A stretch of 64,000 nucleotides of DNA. Origin: Felis catus. Its lineage: Eukaryota. The notes under the pieces were generated by a model, which saw nothing but the letters and a program-made list of their open reading frames with translations, was not told the DNA's origin and made no database searches. Where the stretch lies: the NCBI RefSeq assembly GCF_018350175.1, contig NC_058368.1, positions 174,036,001-174,100,000 on the forward strand, given 5' to 3'. A program made the position numbers and the translations under genes. Below, piece by piece: positions 49,320 to 63,193 of the stretch (position 1 is the stretch's first letter; every line of letters starts with the position of its first letter).

Positions 49320-49860
49320 CTACGCACTCTTTTAACACTGTTCCCTGAACACCTGCTCTGGGCTAGGCATGTCTTGGTGCGGAATACAGAGTGAACAAGA
49401 CAGAGGAGGTTTCTGCCTTGTGCAGTGTTTCTGGCAGGAGGGGACAGGCAATTGACAAATAAATAGAAAGATAATTCAGGGAGTGGTGAGTGCTCTGGAG
49501 AAATAAACCAGGGTGACATGAGAGAGAAAGATGGGGTAGGGTGCCTGGGAAAGCCTCCTGGAGATGACATTAGACCTTGACCTGAAAGAGTGGAAGAGGC
49601 CTGTGTGAAGGTCTGGGGCAGAAGGTTTGGCCCAAAAGGCACTCCCCCCAAGCTGGGCGAGAACTTGGTCCATTCCTGGGACAGAGTGAAGCCCAGGATG
49701 GGGTGGTGGTGGCGTGGGAGGTGAAGGGCAGAGCGGTAGTGGTAGTACCGGAAGTCAGAGAGGTGGGCTGTCCAGGTCCTGTGGGTCCTTGTCAGCCAGG
49801 GGGAGGGGCCCGGATGTTATAGAAGTGGAATAAGGGCCATCCATCAGGAGGTTTTAAGGA
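49320..49860 (-). mobile_element. L2 3' relic (further L2 relics at ~19620-20530, ~58330-58930, ~61880-62560)
   Basis: aacacctgctctgggctaggcatg...gtgaacaagacaga...gacattagaccttgacctgaa pattern typical of L2. Confidence 0.6.
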
Positions 49861-52800
49861 GCAGGTGCAACACACAGCGAGTCTCTGGGTGAATTCTCCC
49901 CATCTCCAGTACCCAGTTCTCCGACCTCATTTGCCCAGACAGTCTCTTTAACAAATTGCCTTTTCTGGAGAATTGCGAGCTCTGTTGAGGATCCGAGCAG
50001 GTTCCGCCCTCAATTCAAGGGAAACCGTGGCCCACAGTCCCAGGGGTCAGGCTCGGATCTACCTGCGGGATCCACCCCCTTGCACCCTGAGAACCTGTAG
50101 CGCTCCCGGTGCCCTGCGGGGGCCCTGCGCATGCGCTCTCTCCTTTCTTGGGCTCCCTCTCCCGGGGAGGATGTTGTTGTCATCTCGGTTCTGTAGATGA
50201 GGAAACTGAGGACCCAGCATCTCCCACTCCCTGCTCACCTCAGGACGTGTCTCCCTCCTCCCGCAACAGCCCACACGGCACCCTGTAAATAACTGCATGT
50301 TCCCAACACCTCTCCTCCTTCTCCTTGGAAACCTGCTTTCTCTTTGGACTCAGGCTGCCGGGCTGTGCGATTCCCGGCTTGGCTCGGTGCGGAGCGTGGC
50401 GGCAACTCGCATCTGCAGGCCTGGGCGGGCAGGCGCCTTCGTTCACTAGCTGGGTGACCTTCGGTAGGTCACTTCACCTCTCTGAGCCTCAGTTTCCTCA
50501 CTGGGAGTGCGGGAGGATCGTAGCTAAGGTCTGTGATGAGATTAGATGAGGACTTGTACACAGGTGTCCGGCTGAGTGTGGAACACGCTCGCGTGCTTCA
50601 TGAAACTGGTTCCTCTTTTCTTCCCTTCTCTCGTTCTCCTTTCCCTCTTTTCCTTACCTAATCAGTTCTGCGTCCTAGATGTTTTGGAGGGAGGTCGGGG
50701 TCCACACACGCGGATGCCGGTAGGACCAGACACGTGACAGAGAGGGGACACTGCTGGGCTCCTTGTTAACGAAGGGCATGGGAAGAAGCCAGCTTCCCAA
50801 GCAGACCTGCACAGAGCCGGTAGCCTGGGGGAGGCCCGTCACAGGGAGGATGTGGGCCTGGGTTGTCTAGGGGCCTCTGACGCTTTCTAAGGGGTCCCTC
50901 CAACTCAGGGCCGGATGCAGGCTCCCCTAGATTGCAGGAGCCACTTACTTAGATTTCCTGCCAAACCAAAGTTTCATATTCACGTTTCATTTCACCTAGT
51001 GGAAGGGAGAAGTCGAATGCAGTCTTTCACTGGCTTTTGGTAGATCTTCTGGAAGAAGTGGGAAGGGGCTTTACTAATGGGGAGGGGCGAATCAACGTGA
51101 CCCCTGACGTCCAGAGCCTGTGGAATGACGGTAAGAGCAGGAGCTAACTTTGCTGAGCTGCTTTGTGCTATCCGCCCTGTATGCACTACCTTGTTTAAGT
51201 TGCACAACAACCTTATGAAGTGAGAAATTAGTATTATGCCCATTTCACAGAGGAGAAAAGAGGCAGAGAGAGGCCAGGAATCTTGTCAAGGCCAGACAGC
51301 TAGAAGGTGCCATGGAAGATTTGCATCCAGGCTGTGTGGCCCTTGCCTCACTGTTCTTCTGGGATCAGGAGGTCTGAATGGGAGATGGGACTCACTCTGC
51401 AGCCGAGTGGAGGGTGAGGAGACACTAAGTGATTATTGAGCACTCTCTGTGGGTCACTGCCTGCTGCCGTGTGGTCACCCTGTGGTCTCTGTGTAGTTGC
51501 TATGGTGGACGAAGTTTGTCTTAGTCTGCCCTGTAGCCTTTCTTCTGTACAGCTCCTTAATATTCCTTTGGAGATTCACCCTCCCCTTATTCTCTGGCCA
51601 TGTGGTTTGGCTAGAGTCCTCCAATCCTCCTTGTTCAAGCTCTACAGACTGGTGCATAACCCAGGCCTAGGATTAAGCTTTGGACATGTGACTTGAGATG
51701 GTCCAGTAAGACTCAGTCATGGAAATTATTCTGGAAATGTTAGGAAAATTCTTCTTCTGTTCGAGTTACTGAACTAAGAAAGTGTGAGCCTAGAGCTGGA
51801 AGGTCACAGTGTGGAAGGAGCCTGCATAAGGGAGAAGCCAAGCCAGAGAGAAACAGAACTGATAGACAGAGAGAGACTGAGCCCTGAGGATATTGTATGA
51901 CTCCTGGATCAAGCTCTTCCTGAAATCCAGAATCTGCCATTGAATTTTTTAATTACATGAAGTAATAGAACCCTTTTTTGCCCTTGAAGCATTTTGCTTG
52001 CTTTTTCTATCACCTGCATCTATAATAGGATTGGCTGGCATCGTGCTGACTACTCCATGTATGTTATTACATTTAATCCAACGAGGTAGTTGATATGGTG
52101 CCCACTATGCAGATGAGGGAACTGAGGTTCAGAGAGACTTCTGCTGGTTAAGGTGTCACAGCCAGTACATGGCACAGCTGGGATTAGACCCCAGGCATTT
52201 TGACTCTAGACTGCACCTTGATCACCCTGCTGTATGGCAGGAAGGCTGGTTCCCCCCACCCCCCAAATACCTCTTGAAATGTCCCCTCTCCAAGTCACAT
52301 CCAACTGCTCTCCCTGCTTTACTCTCATCCCCTTTAATCCCTGCTTCCTTGGAAGTCTTCTCTGGCTACACCTTCAGACTAAACTCTGTTTCCTGGTAGA
52401 CATTTTTATGGCCCAAGGTACTTTTCTTCTTAGCTCGACTGAACTTCAATAATGATTTGTTCCAGGTTTATTTCTTCCGCTGGGTGGGAGTCCCACAGGG
52501 GCAAAGATGACGTCTGTTTGCCCATTGTTGCAGCACTGAAGCCTGGCACAGTGCCTGGCCCGTGGTGGGCACCTGGTAAATGTTTGCCGAACAAATGGAT
52601 TGTGCAGTTTTTCACTCCCACTGGGGCCCTGGATCATTGTACACCTGTTTGACTGCAGTGTTATATCATTCTGACACTGCAAAATTCGCTTGTGCTCTGC
52701 TGTATTGTAGGGTACCTGTGATCTCGGACGCGCCTTATCCTGGCTCTCCCTGCAAGACAGTGAGTTCTTTGAAGACTGGGGCAGCGTCTCCGACCGTCAT

Positions 52801-55800
52801 CCACTGAGAGTAGTAATAATACTAACAATGATACAAGGAATAATACTCATGAGGAGCACTTACTATCTGCCAGGCACAGCCCTGAGGCTTTACACGCATC
52901 GCCTTATTGAATCCTTACCTCAACTGCATGCGAATGTACTGTTATGACCCCATTATACTTAAGGGCAAACTGAGGCTCAGGAGGTTGTGTGGCTCTTTTG
53001 CTTCTGCCGTTTGAGTTAGGGGTCTGCCTGGTGCAATCAAAAGAGAACTTGTTTTTACCGGTGACTTTAATGGGAGCCTGCCAGGCCGGGCTGGAAGGCA
53101 GTGAGGATAGCATAAAGGCTGAAGGAGAGCTAAAAGGTTGACTCAGCAGCTGAAGGCCTGGCTGTGCCCTGCTGAAAGGAGGAGAGTCTTTGTTGCAAAG
53201 GTCAAAGGGGGGCGGATAAGCATCCAGGAGAGAGGGGAACCCTCAGGGCGAGGGAGCCGAGGCTGAGGGAGAGTTCAGGGGTGTTGGAGAAAGGGCCCTG
53301 GCTGGGGAGTCTGGGCTCCTACTCTGGCCTCAGCACCTCCTGGCTGTGTGGCCAGGCTCTGGCCTTAGCACCCCACGGCAAGGCACTGGCACCTCTCTGA
53401 GCCCACTTTGCAGTGCTGACGCCAGCCTTGACTTAACACCTAGAAATTGCCTCGCCAGTGCCTGGCAAAGAGTCACGGGCACTGTGTATGTGGCATAGGC
53501 TACATGCCTAGGCGGCTGCGGCCCGTCATCTGCCTGAACTTGGGTCATCCTCGCAACAACCCCTGGGAGAGGGCCCCTTGAGGATCCCATTCTGCAGCGG
53601 AGACGGGGCAGAACAGGGCAGCCGTTTGCTCAGGGTCGCTCAGCACGTACAAGACAGCTGGATCTGAGTTCTGGCTGTGTGGTTCCGGATCTTCCGCCTT
53701 ACCATTCTGGCCTTCTCAGGGGTGGAACCTGGTTATCAGTGAGAGACAGTTGCTCACTTTGTACTCTCGCCTCCTTTGGCCAGTGTCTGTACTCCTGGTT
53801 TTACCTTTGAGGGACCGCTCCCCTTTCTCCCCCGAGCAGGTCTCAGGGGGGCAGTAGACAGACATTTGTCAGCAAACCTGTGGTGGCACCGGGGCACGGC
53901 CCGTTCGGCAGGAGATGGGGGAAGTGGTGCCGGCGGCAGGTTTCTCAGGGGTCCCCTCAGTGGACCGTGGTGATGTCGTGCGGGGGGCTGGCGAGGGCCC
54001 CAGAGGTAAGGCACCGGCGCCTCGCTCACCCAAGTCACACCTCCGCAGCCTTGCCAGTCTCCACACCACCTCTGCTATTTACTTAACATTGCCCTCTAAT
54101 TTCACGCGCTTGCAAAAATAAAACCCTTCACTGCATTGACCTAAAAAGGAAACCTCGGTTGGCTACTTCACACCAGAAAACCAGTGTCACTTGCTGTAAC
54201 AGAGGGTAACCAGGCGCGTAAACACAACGGAAAGTAAACGCGTGCCGACGTCCAGCTCCCCGCTCTGGGGGCCTGACACCCGCCCCGGGTGTCAGGCCAG
54301 CACCCTTGTCATTGAAAGGGAGGGGGCTGATATCAGAGAGGTGTTAAGGATCCCCGGGCACCAGCCCGAGACTTCCTCCTGGATGCAACTGAAGTGTTGT
54401 AAAAGAACCGACAAAGAGGACCACGTGTTTCCGTGTTTGACTTGCTGTCGAAAGCGGTACCTGCCAAACCGTCTGGAGCCAGTGGCTGAGGGACCGAGGC
54501 TTCCGTGCTCTGGAAAACGCACCCCTTTCCCTGGGGTCAGCCTCACTTCCCCTCCCGCCTGAGCTCTCCTCGGCCTCAGCTCCACCGACGCCAAGGAAGC
54601 AAGGCCTTTGTCTCTCTGAGGCTCAGTCTCCCCGTCTAGAAAACACGGATAATGACTTCCTCTTGCCAGGGCTCTTTGGAAGATTAGAATGAGACACTAT
54701 GTGTCAAAGTGACTCCGCACGCTGGCTGGTACCCGGTACCCGGGCAGCGAGCCTTCCTGCCCTTTGATCCCAACTTGCTCAAATTTAGAAATTCTGTTCG
54801 CAGCCACAGCTGTCTGCCTCCATACCCCTTCCTCTCTTGCAGGCTCTTTCTTTTCACCTAGACAGTGTGACAGCTTTGGACTCAGATCTTCTCTCTTTCA
54901 TCCCCTCCAGGGTCAGATCACCTCTCTGAGCCTCAGTCTGCTCATCTTCAAAATGGGAACAGTCACAGCCACCTCAGCAAGTCACTGTGTGGGCAAGGAA
55001 ATACTTTGTGATTGGTGACGTTTTGCGCACACGTAAGGACTTATTTTTCTGATTTGTGATCCTCTGGTGAGGGAGAGTTATCGGGAGTGTTGCCTGGGTG
55101 TGACCGCCTATGCCCTCAGGGGAAATTATCTGAGTTTGAGTCCACAAGAAAGACTTCTGGAGTTCACAACAGGCGGCAAGCGGATGTCTCTGTCGTGGAG
55201 GGGAACGCTGTGGGCTCCAGCTGAGGCAGCTTCTGTTTTTAGCTGGAATCATTGCCGCTCAGCCCCCCATGTGGAAAAAAGGAATGTGGTGCAGAAATAG
55301 CCCGTCCCAGGGGCTGCCCAAGAGAAGGGCTTATTTTGACTCAGGATGCTGCAGAAGCTGTGGCAGCCTTGTCAAAATACATCTGCCTCTTCTGGAGCAG
55401 CCCACGGCTCCTCAGACTCTCGCCAGGACCAAAGCACGGCTGCCAGACGTGCACATCTGGAACCGGGCCCCTGGGAGTGGAGGACAGCCCTGGCTTTGAT
55501 TCCAACAATAACCACCTTCCGAGCACTAGAGGGCGGAAAATAGATATCCTATGTCAGTGGCACGAAGGAGCCCAGTTTGGTCTCCAGGCTCATCCGTCCC
55601 TGTGGTCCTCCAAATTGGCACGGGGCCCGGCAGAGTCTGGCAAGTGGAAGGGGGAGTGTCCGCAGCCCTTCCTCTGTGGAATTTGCAGTGGGCGTTCTCA
55701 TACCCATTTCACAGGTGGGAAAACCGAGGCCCAGTCCACAGAGTGGCTTCTGGGGATGAGCTCTCACCCCAGCCACGTGTTTTCTCTTCTCCAAGCCCTG

Positions 55801-58800
55801 CTCTGCACCTTTGAGCTGCTGTGGCCTCTGCCTAGGATGCCCTTCCTCCTCCTAGAATTGTTCCCAAACCAGGAGACCTGTCTCTTCCTCCGGGCACGGT
55901 CAGTCCCTGCCTCACTGGGACTCTGTGCAGGCTTCATGGTGGCCCTCATTTGCCTGCCCAGTAACTTGGCACAGCTGCTTGTCAGAGAGGGGGCGGAAGC
56001 ACCTTTTGGCACAGGGCCAGGCAGGCGCCTGCCCGGCGTGGGCCTGAAACATGTTTACCGAAAGAGTGAATGGCGATGGAGTGTTTCACCGAGGGGCACC
56101 CCAGCTCAAACCACCCGGGTTGATTCAGCACTCAGTCAGGAAGATAGGATATAGGACCTCTTTCAGGCTCCCTAACTTGAGGGCAGCTTCAGGGAGACGA
56201 GAAAACCGGTTCATGGCTCTCGAGCGGCACAGCCGCCTGCTCACAGCTCCTTTCTTGCAAGACGTCCTGAATCGGACTCATTCATCACCCACCAGAGCTA
56301 TCACAGGTGGGGCTCTGCAACCTCCCTGGCTCCTCAGGTTCAAAGCCCTGGTCAGTGTGGATGTCCAGCTCCAAGTCCAGATGACTGGTCCCAAGCCATC
56401 TCCTGTCTCCCTGCCCCCTGCCCGTGGGTTCCTTGGGCCTTACCGGCTCCTCCCTGCACCACCGAGCCTCCCAGTCGTGTCTCCCCACCTCCACCGAGCT
56501 CTCGCGGTCCCGTCTCCATTCACATGCCTCGCACGGGGCTGACTCATAGATCCTTTGCGAGCCCAGCTCTGACCACGCAGTTCTGACCCTGCTCAAAACA
56601 GTCGGTAGCTCACCCCTTTCTCTGCTGACATTTTCCAAAGTGGATTGTGCAGGTATTAACGGGGGCTCTGTGCATAGGAGGCCCTCGCTCAGGTGAGTGG
56701 GGACTGCTGGGCTAAATGAAGTCAAGCAGATTTTTCCCTTCAGGAGGTTTTGGGGGCCTTTAATGTGCTCTTGTGGATGATGATTCTCAGAGAGGTGACA
56801 CAGAGTGTAGCATTTCTAGAGCTTATCTGATCATGGAAGCTTTCAATGGGGAGCATCAAGGGAAGGGGTGTTCTGAAAAACGCGCTTCGGGAAATGCCGG
56901 CTCGTTGGCTGGAGCCTAAACTCCTGACCTTGGCACTCGAGGTCCTTTACGGCACGGCTGAGCCCACCTTTGCCACCGCCGCTCTGCCCATTCCAGTCGC
57001 ATCCAGAAAGTTCCAGCCAAAAAGAACCCCCGGACGCTCCCTGTGCCTGCTGCTGCTTTCCTGCCTCTGTCTGCCGCCCACTCATCCTCCCGCCAGACTC
57101 ACTCTTTCCCTCCATCCCAAGCCGCTCTTCCTTCCAGGCCCAGCCCAAATGTAACCCTTCCTCCAGCCTTCCCAAGTGATGGCAGGATGGGAGACCTCTC
57201 GCGTTCCTCTTGCCCCGTGGGCCCCAGTCTGGCCAGCGTTAGGTCAGTGAATGTGACATTATTATACAGAAATCTTTGGACCCACTCTAATTTGCTAAAA
57301 AAAATAAAATCACTTGCAAAGCTGAGTGATTTTAATCAGCATCAGTGCGGGTCTTTCCTTCATGGTGCGCCTTACCACTGACATAGCTTGATGCAGCGGC
57401 TGTGGTCCTGCTGCGTGGACTGAGCATTCCCCAAGGAGCCCCCGAGTCCGTGGCAAATGGGCAGCACCCAAAGCTAAAATGGATGAACATGCTTGGTCCC
57501 GTGTCAGCTGCCCTCCCCCCCCCCCCCGAAGGGACAATTCCATTAATATTGCAGGAGGGGACTAATGTTTACTGAGCGGCTGCTTGGAACACAGCACCTT
57601 ACTCGATGCTTTACACACGTCATGTCCTCTGATGGGCGGAGCCCTGCCGGGGGAGGAGCTCCCGGGAGGAGCTGGAGTCTGGGAGGGCTTGGGGGACCTG
57701 CTGGGACCCACCCAGCTGGGAAGTGGTAACACCAAGGCAGGAACTCAGCTGAGAGCAGCGCCAAAGCTGCTTCTCCTGTTGGACCCCAGTCAGAGGACTT
57801 CTCCTCCAGGAGCCCACCTCGCCTCTATGCGGGGCCTCCCATGCCGGGCCGTTGTCCCCATCCAGCGTGGCACTCCCGTGCTTGCTTGGGCAGAGCCTCT
57901 GCTTGTGAGTTATCCTCCCCGTCAGCATGGGAGCCCCTCAAGGTCAAGTCTTATTTGTGTTTGCACCTCCGATATCTAGCATGGAGTTTGGCTGCATGCA
58001 TGAGGTTATGCGTTTGAAGTGAGGCATAGATGTTTTTTGGCCCGAGGAAGATTCTAGGTCTTCGTGGGAATAGCCCTAGGAAGATACGGACTGAGGTCCA
58101 GTGCTTTGAAACCTACCATCATGCATTCCTATGGAATCGATAAGTCCTATCATCTTCTCGTCCAAAGGTGACTCCTGTTAGATGACTAAGCATCATTTTG
58201 AGCCACAAACACCCAACAGGAGGTGGTTGGTGACAACAGACAGGTCAGCACTATGCAAACAAGCAAACTGTTGAAAGGTGGATGTCATTTTAGCTACACA
58301 GCAATACTAGTTGGCATTAAAACACACACCAACACAGTCTCCCTGCAGCATGCAGAGGAATCCTAAAAAAATGCAAAGTAGATCATGTCACACCTCTGTT
58401 CAAAACCCTCTAGTAGTTTAGAATAAAACCACCACACTTAGAATGAAGTCCAAAGTCATTTCCTTGGTCTCCAAGGCTCCACACGAGCTAAGCCCCCTCT
58501 TCCCTCTACCCTCCTTGTCCACCATTCTCCCCTTCCTTGCTCCACTTGAGCCACAGGCACTCTGTCTTTCTCAAGCTGCCAACCTTGTTCCTGCCTCAGG
58601 ACCTTTGCACTTGCTATTGCCTCCACCTAGAACACTGTCTCCCCCCACCCCCGCCCCATCCTTACTTAGCTGACTCCTTGGTATTCACTTTCGGGCTTGA
58701 ATGTCCCCCCTCAAAGAGACTGTCCCTCCTTTACTCTCTAAATTCTGTTTAAACGAGGATGTCAGTTCCTATCTCATTACTCTGTTTAATGGCCTTTATA

Positions 58801-61800
58801 ACACTTGCCACTGTCTGAAATTATTTTGTTTGTTTAAATATGTTTATGTGTATATTGCTTGTCTCCCCAATTAGCATAAAATCGGCAGGAGGAGAGAAAC
58901 CTCATCTGCCCTGTTCACTGCTGTGTCCTGCTGCCTGTAACACCCACGGTGGCACAGGAGACTTGCTCTCTGAGTAGGAAGACAAGGAAGTGCTTTAGAA
59001 TACAGGCTCGGGCTGATGGCTGGGGTTCAGATCCCAGCCCTCCCACTTATTGGTGGATGACATCCCCACTTTACAGATGAGCAGACTGAGGCACCAGGAG
59101 GTTAAGTGACCTGCCCGAGGTCACCCAAGGGCACACAAAGCACTCACAAACCCCACCTCCTCAGTGCAGTGGACAAGGATCTCTGCTGCTCCCTCCAAGC
59201 TGCTGTCCCACCCTCTCCCTTAGGCATGCTGACCCGCCTGCGATTTCCTGGAAATACCCTGTCCTTTCTTGCCTCTGCCCTTGTGCACCTGGCCCTCCCT
59301 TCGCCTAGAGCACCTTCACCTCCTCTTGTCAGCTGGCTAACGCTTCTATCCCGGGCAAGACTCACCTCAGCACCAGGTGCGTGTCCTGACCCCAAGAGGT
59401 ATGTTGGCCCTGTCAGTAGCGATCCCCACTGTTCTCATCCTTGCCTCCCCCTGCACCTGGCTAAGCTGAGTCCCGCCCCCCCCCAACTCACCCCCACCCC
59501 CCACCCCCCAGCACCGTCTCCTGCATCGTCTGTGTTTGCCTGTATCTCATGCAGCCCTTCCCGCCCTGCACCCTCCTGGCCTCTACCACCAGCCTGTGGG
59601 CTGTTTGAAGGCTCGGCCACATCTGAATGTTCAGGGCCTGGCGCGAAGCAAGCATGGAAGAGGATTTGTTGCAGGAAGGGGCATGATGATCAGCCCTTCG
59701 AGGCGGCCGCCGGGTGGGGACTAGAGCGATATGGCCAGTACCAGGGGCCAGAAAGCTCTCCGACAGGGAGACGCCCTGAGCCTTTCAGGGCAACCACGGA
59801 TCAGGGACCGGGTGGGGCCGGTGGCCTCCTCTCCTCCGTGGTGGTTGCCTGTGGCTTTCAGCTCCCTCTGCTGTCTCGCGGGGCCTGGTGAAGCTGGGGT
59901 TGACTCTTTGTGACTGGTACCAAGTAACAGGCCCTGTCTGTGTCTGGGAAGTTCTGCAGTCAGGCTCCTCCTGGGGGAGAGGGCTGGGGCTGAGCAAGGC
60001 TGAGCCTCCCCCCGATCCTGCCCTGGACTGAGGTGGGGCAGGCGGTGCCCGTCTGAGGCTCAGACAGCTTTCCGGGGATGGCCTGTTTCCTCCCAGAGCG
60101 CCTCTGACTCTGAGTGGAGGGGCACTGGATTTTGGCATCCTACAGCTGGGTTCAAATCCCAGCTTCCCGTTCTCGCTGCCACTCTGAGCTAGACGGGCGT
60201 GACAAAATGGGACACACAGGAAAGCACTTTATCGTGGCAAAGGTGCTGACGCAGCTCGGAGGAGGAGCGAAGCTTGAGTTTCTCTGGAGCCTGCTGACGG
60301 CCCTGGGGTCGTGAGTGCAGTGTGGGGAGGGTAAGAGGGTAAGAGGGACCTCCACGCGCACGCACACCGCTCAGCTTCTCAAATCGCCTCAGATGCTGGA
60401 GGGCTGGGAGAGGGGCCTCATTTGCAAGTGTTTTCCAGGCATAAACGCCGCCCACACTCCTCCACACAGCTCCTCCTAGCCAACCTGTACTGCGTTGCCA
60501 GAAGAATCTTCCTAAAATACTCCTCACATCATATCACTCCCCTGCTCAGAAACTTCCTGCGGTGACCTCACGTTGCCTGGGATGAGCCTGGCTCCTCTGC
60601 TGGCACCCGAGGCCCTCCACAGCCCCCACGTCGCTCTGTTTATGTGTTCAGGGTCCGGTCTAGAGTGTCCCTCTTGTATTCTTGTCAGTGAGTCATGTCA
60701 GGGTCACCCGAAGATAAGAAGTATCCTTCCTGTGTTATGTATGATGAAGACGACGCTCAGAGAGGTTGACCGACTTGCCCAAGGCCATCCAGGTGGGGCC
60801 TAACTGCACCTGGAGACCCCTGAACTTTGGGGTCCCTGAGCTCAGCGAGGCTGCAGGGTGGGGCTTGCCTTGGTGGGGCTCTGAGGACCTCCAGCTGTGG
60901 GCGGCAAACCACCCCAGCGACCCTGGAGGGATTCAGCGCAGAAGCAAGCTTTTCAGATGGAGAAGGCAGACGGCCCAACTTACAGGCACGAGGTCGCGGG
61001 CATTGAGGGGGACCTGAGGCAGCGACAACACTTCGGGCAGCTGGGGAGGAGAGAAGTGGCAGACTGGTGCAAGCCCCAGCTGTGCCACCCACCAGCCGTG
61101 AGGACAGGCCTCTGTCCCTCTGCACCCAGGGCTGTAGCCATAGGTTTGCTGTGAGAGTAAAACATGGTGGTGGTATACAGCAGGTGTTTAATAAATGCCT
61201 AGCATCGAAAAAGTTCTTTTCTTTTTTCTCTTCAGAGTTGGAAGAGTCCTCAGAGATCCTTAAATCCACCCTGATTTCCTTTTTGCAGATGAGGAAACTG
61301 AGCCTTGGAGGAGGGGAGTGCTGTGTCCAAGATGACACAGCTGGAGGGAGGTGGAGAGGGCTGGGGCCTGTGTCTCTCACTTGCTCATCCAGCTGTCTGC
61401 GTCCCACCGACCACATGTGCCCTTGAGCTCCTGGGAACCCACAGGCGTGGCCAACTGGTGTGATGTGCTTGTCCAGTGGAGTTGCAGACTGGGATTCTGG
61501 TGGCCCCGCGCCTACCCCCAAGGAGGACCGGCCAGGCACCGGGGTGAGGTGTGGGTGTGTGCGTGCACGCTCAGTAGTGAACGGCTGTAAGCCGAGCCTC
61601 AAAATAAAAGAAGAGCCATGACAGCCACGTGGCTGGCATGATTGTCTGAAGTCTGTCCCCCCCTGATTTCAAGAGGGCGAGACAGGCCATCATACCAGTC
61701 AGACTTCTGAAGATGAACACACTAGTGACTCCTTTGCCCTGGTACCAGCACCACCATCCTGGGTTCCCTCGCACTACCAGAGCCCTAGATTTCTGGCCCT

Positions 61801-62978
61801 AGGAGGCCAAAGGCCAGGGTGCAAATCATGGCTCTGCTGTCTACCTGTCATGTGACCTTGGGCACATCACCCGTCCATTCTTCCCATAAATATCCCCTGG
61901 GCTCTTATTCTGTGCCAGGCAGTATTAATGAGATCCCTACCCTCAGGAGGCTCACAGTCTAGAATGGGTAACAGATACTTTTGCAAACCAAAGACGAAAT
62001 AATTCAGATGTCAATAAATATGCCGAAGAAAATAACACAGTGTGAGGTGGTCAGGGGAGGAGATGTGGGGAGGGGTTACTCTAGAGGGAGCAGCCCTCAT
62101 GGGAAGGTGACATTTGCATGATGTATAATCTGCCAAGGAGAGGGAGAGGCAGGTGCCAAGGCCCTGGGGCAGGAATGAGCTTGGTGCTTTGGAGCTGTAG
62201 AGAGAAGGCTGATGTGGCTGGAGCTGGGGGAACAGGGGGGAGAGTTGGGGAAATGAGCTGGCAGAGGCCTGCAGAGGCCAGGCCACCCAGGGTCTTGAGG
62301 GTCCCAGTGCGGACTGTGGATGTTAGTCTGAGAATAGCGGATCTCTGCAGAGCTGTAAGCAGCAGAGGAACGGGTTCGACTGACATTTAACAAGACCCCT
62401 CTGGCTGCTGCGTGGAGGACAGATTAGGGGAGACGGCTGAAAGTGGGGGATGGGCTAGAAGGGTGTAGCTGCTCCCCCAGGGAGGTGATGGTGTGGACAG
62501 GGCAGTGGAGACATCAAGAAGTGTGCAGCCTCTTAACATCTTGGAGCTTAAGCTCTGTGTTCTGGAAAGGAAAGAGGTCTGGAGTGGACTCTCACGCAGG
62601 ATGGCACGAAGATGAAGGGAGAAAACCTCCAGGAGGGTGAGCTGCTGGCTGTGGAACCTGCAGGCATATTCTGTCATGGGCGCTGGGAAGGCCTCCTGGA
62701 GCCACTGCGCAGGCCTGCCTGGGGTGTCCCCATCTCTGATCCTCATCAGGGGATGCTCTAGGCAGAGGGGTGGCTGGGAGCCCACTGAGACTTGTCTCTG
62801 GGGTCCTGTCTCTGAGGCTGCTGATTGAAACATGCTTCCCTAAAGGACAATCCAGCCCCCAAACAGAGGCCCATCTTCCTAATCCCTGCGGCTGACAAAC
62901 ATCCCATTGGTTCTCTTCAAATGCCCTACGTAATCTGGTGCCTTCCTCCCTCTGCAAAGGCACTTTTCTAGCCCCCTC

Positions 62979-63193
62979 TTTTGTTTTTAAATGTTTATTT
63001 ATTTATCTTGAGAGAGAGAGAGAGAGAGAGAAAGCAAGTGGGACAGAGAGAGAGGGAGAGAGAGAATCCCCATCAGACTCTGTGCTGTCAGCACGGAGCC
63101 CGATGTGGGGCTTGAACCCACAAACACTCAGATCATGACCTGAGCCAAAATCAAGAGTCGGATGCTTAACTGACTGAGCCACCCAGGTGCCCC
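62979..63193 (-). mobile_element. Can-SINE (older)
   Basis: Reverse-complement Can-SINE: tttaaatgtttattt tail, (GA)n, ...gactgagccacccaggtgccc head. Confidence 0.9.

Noticed and set aside
55252..56154. 300-aa ORF
   Set aside because: Non-ATG start, includes MIR-derived sequence (HFTGGKTEAQ) and has no recognisable family; consistent with chance in GC-rich DNA.
59106..61602. 261-aa (+) and 281-aa (-) ORFs
   Set aside because: Built on MIR/L2 relics and GC-rich sequence; no domain or splice support.
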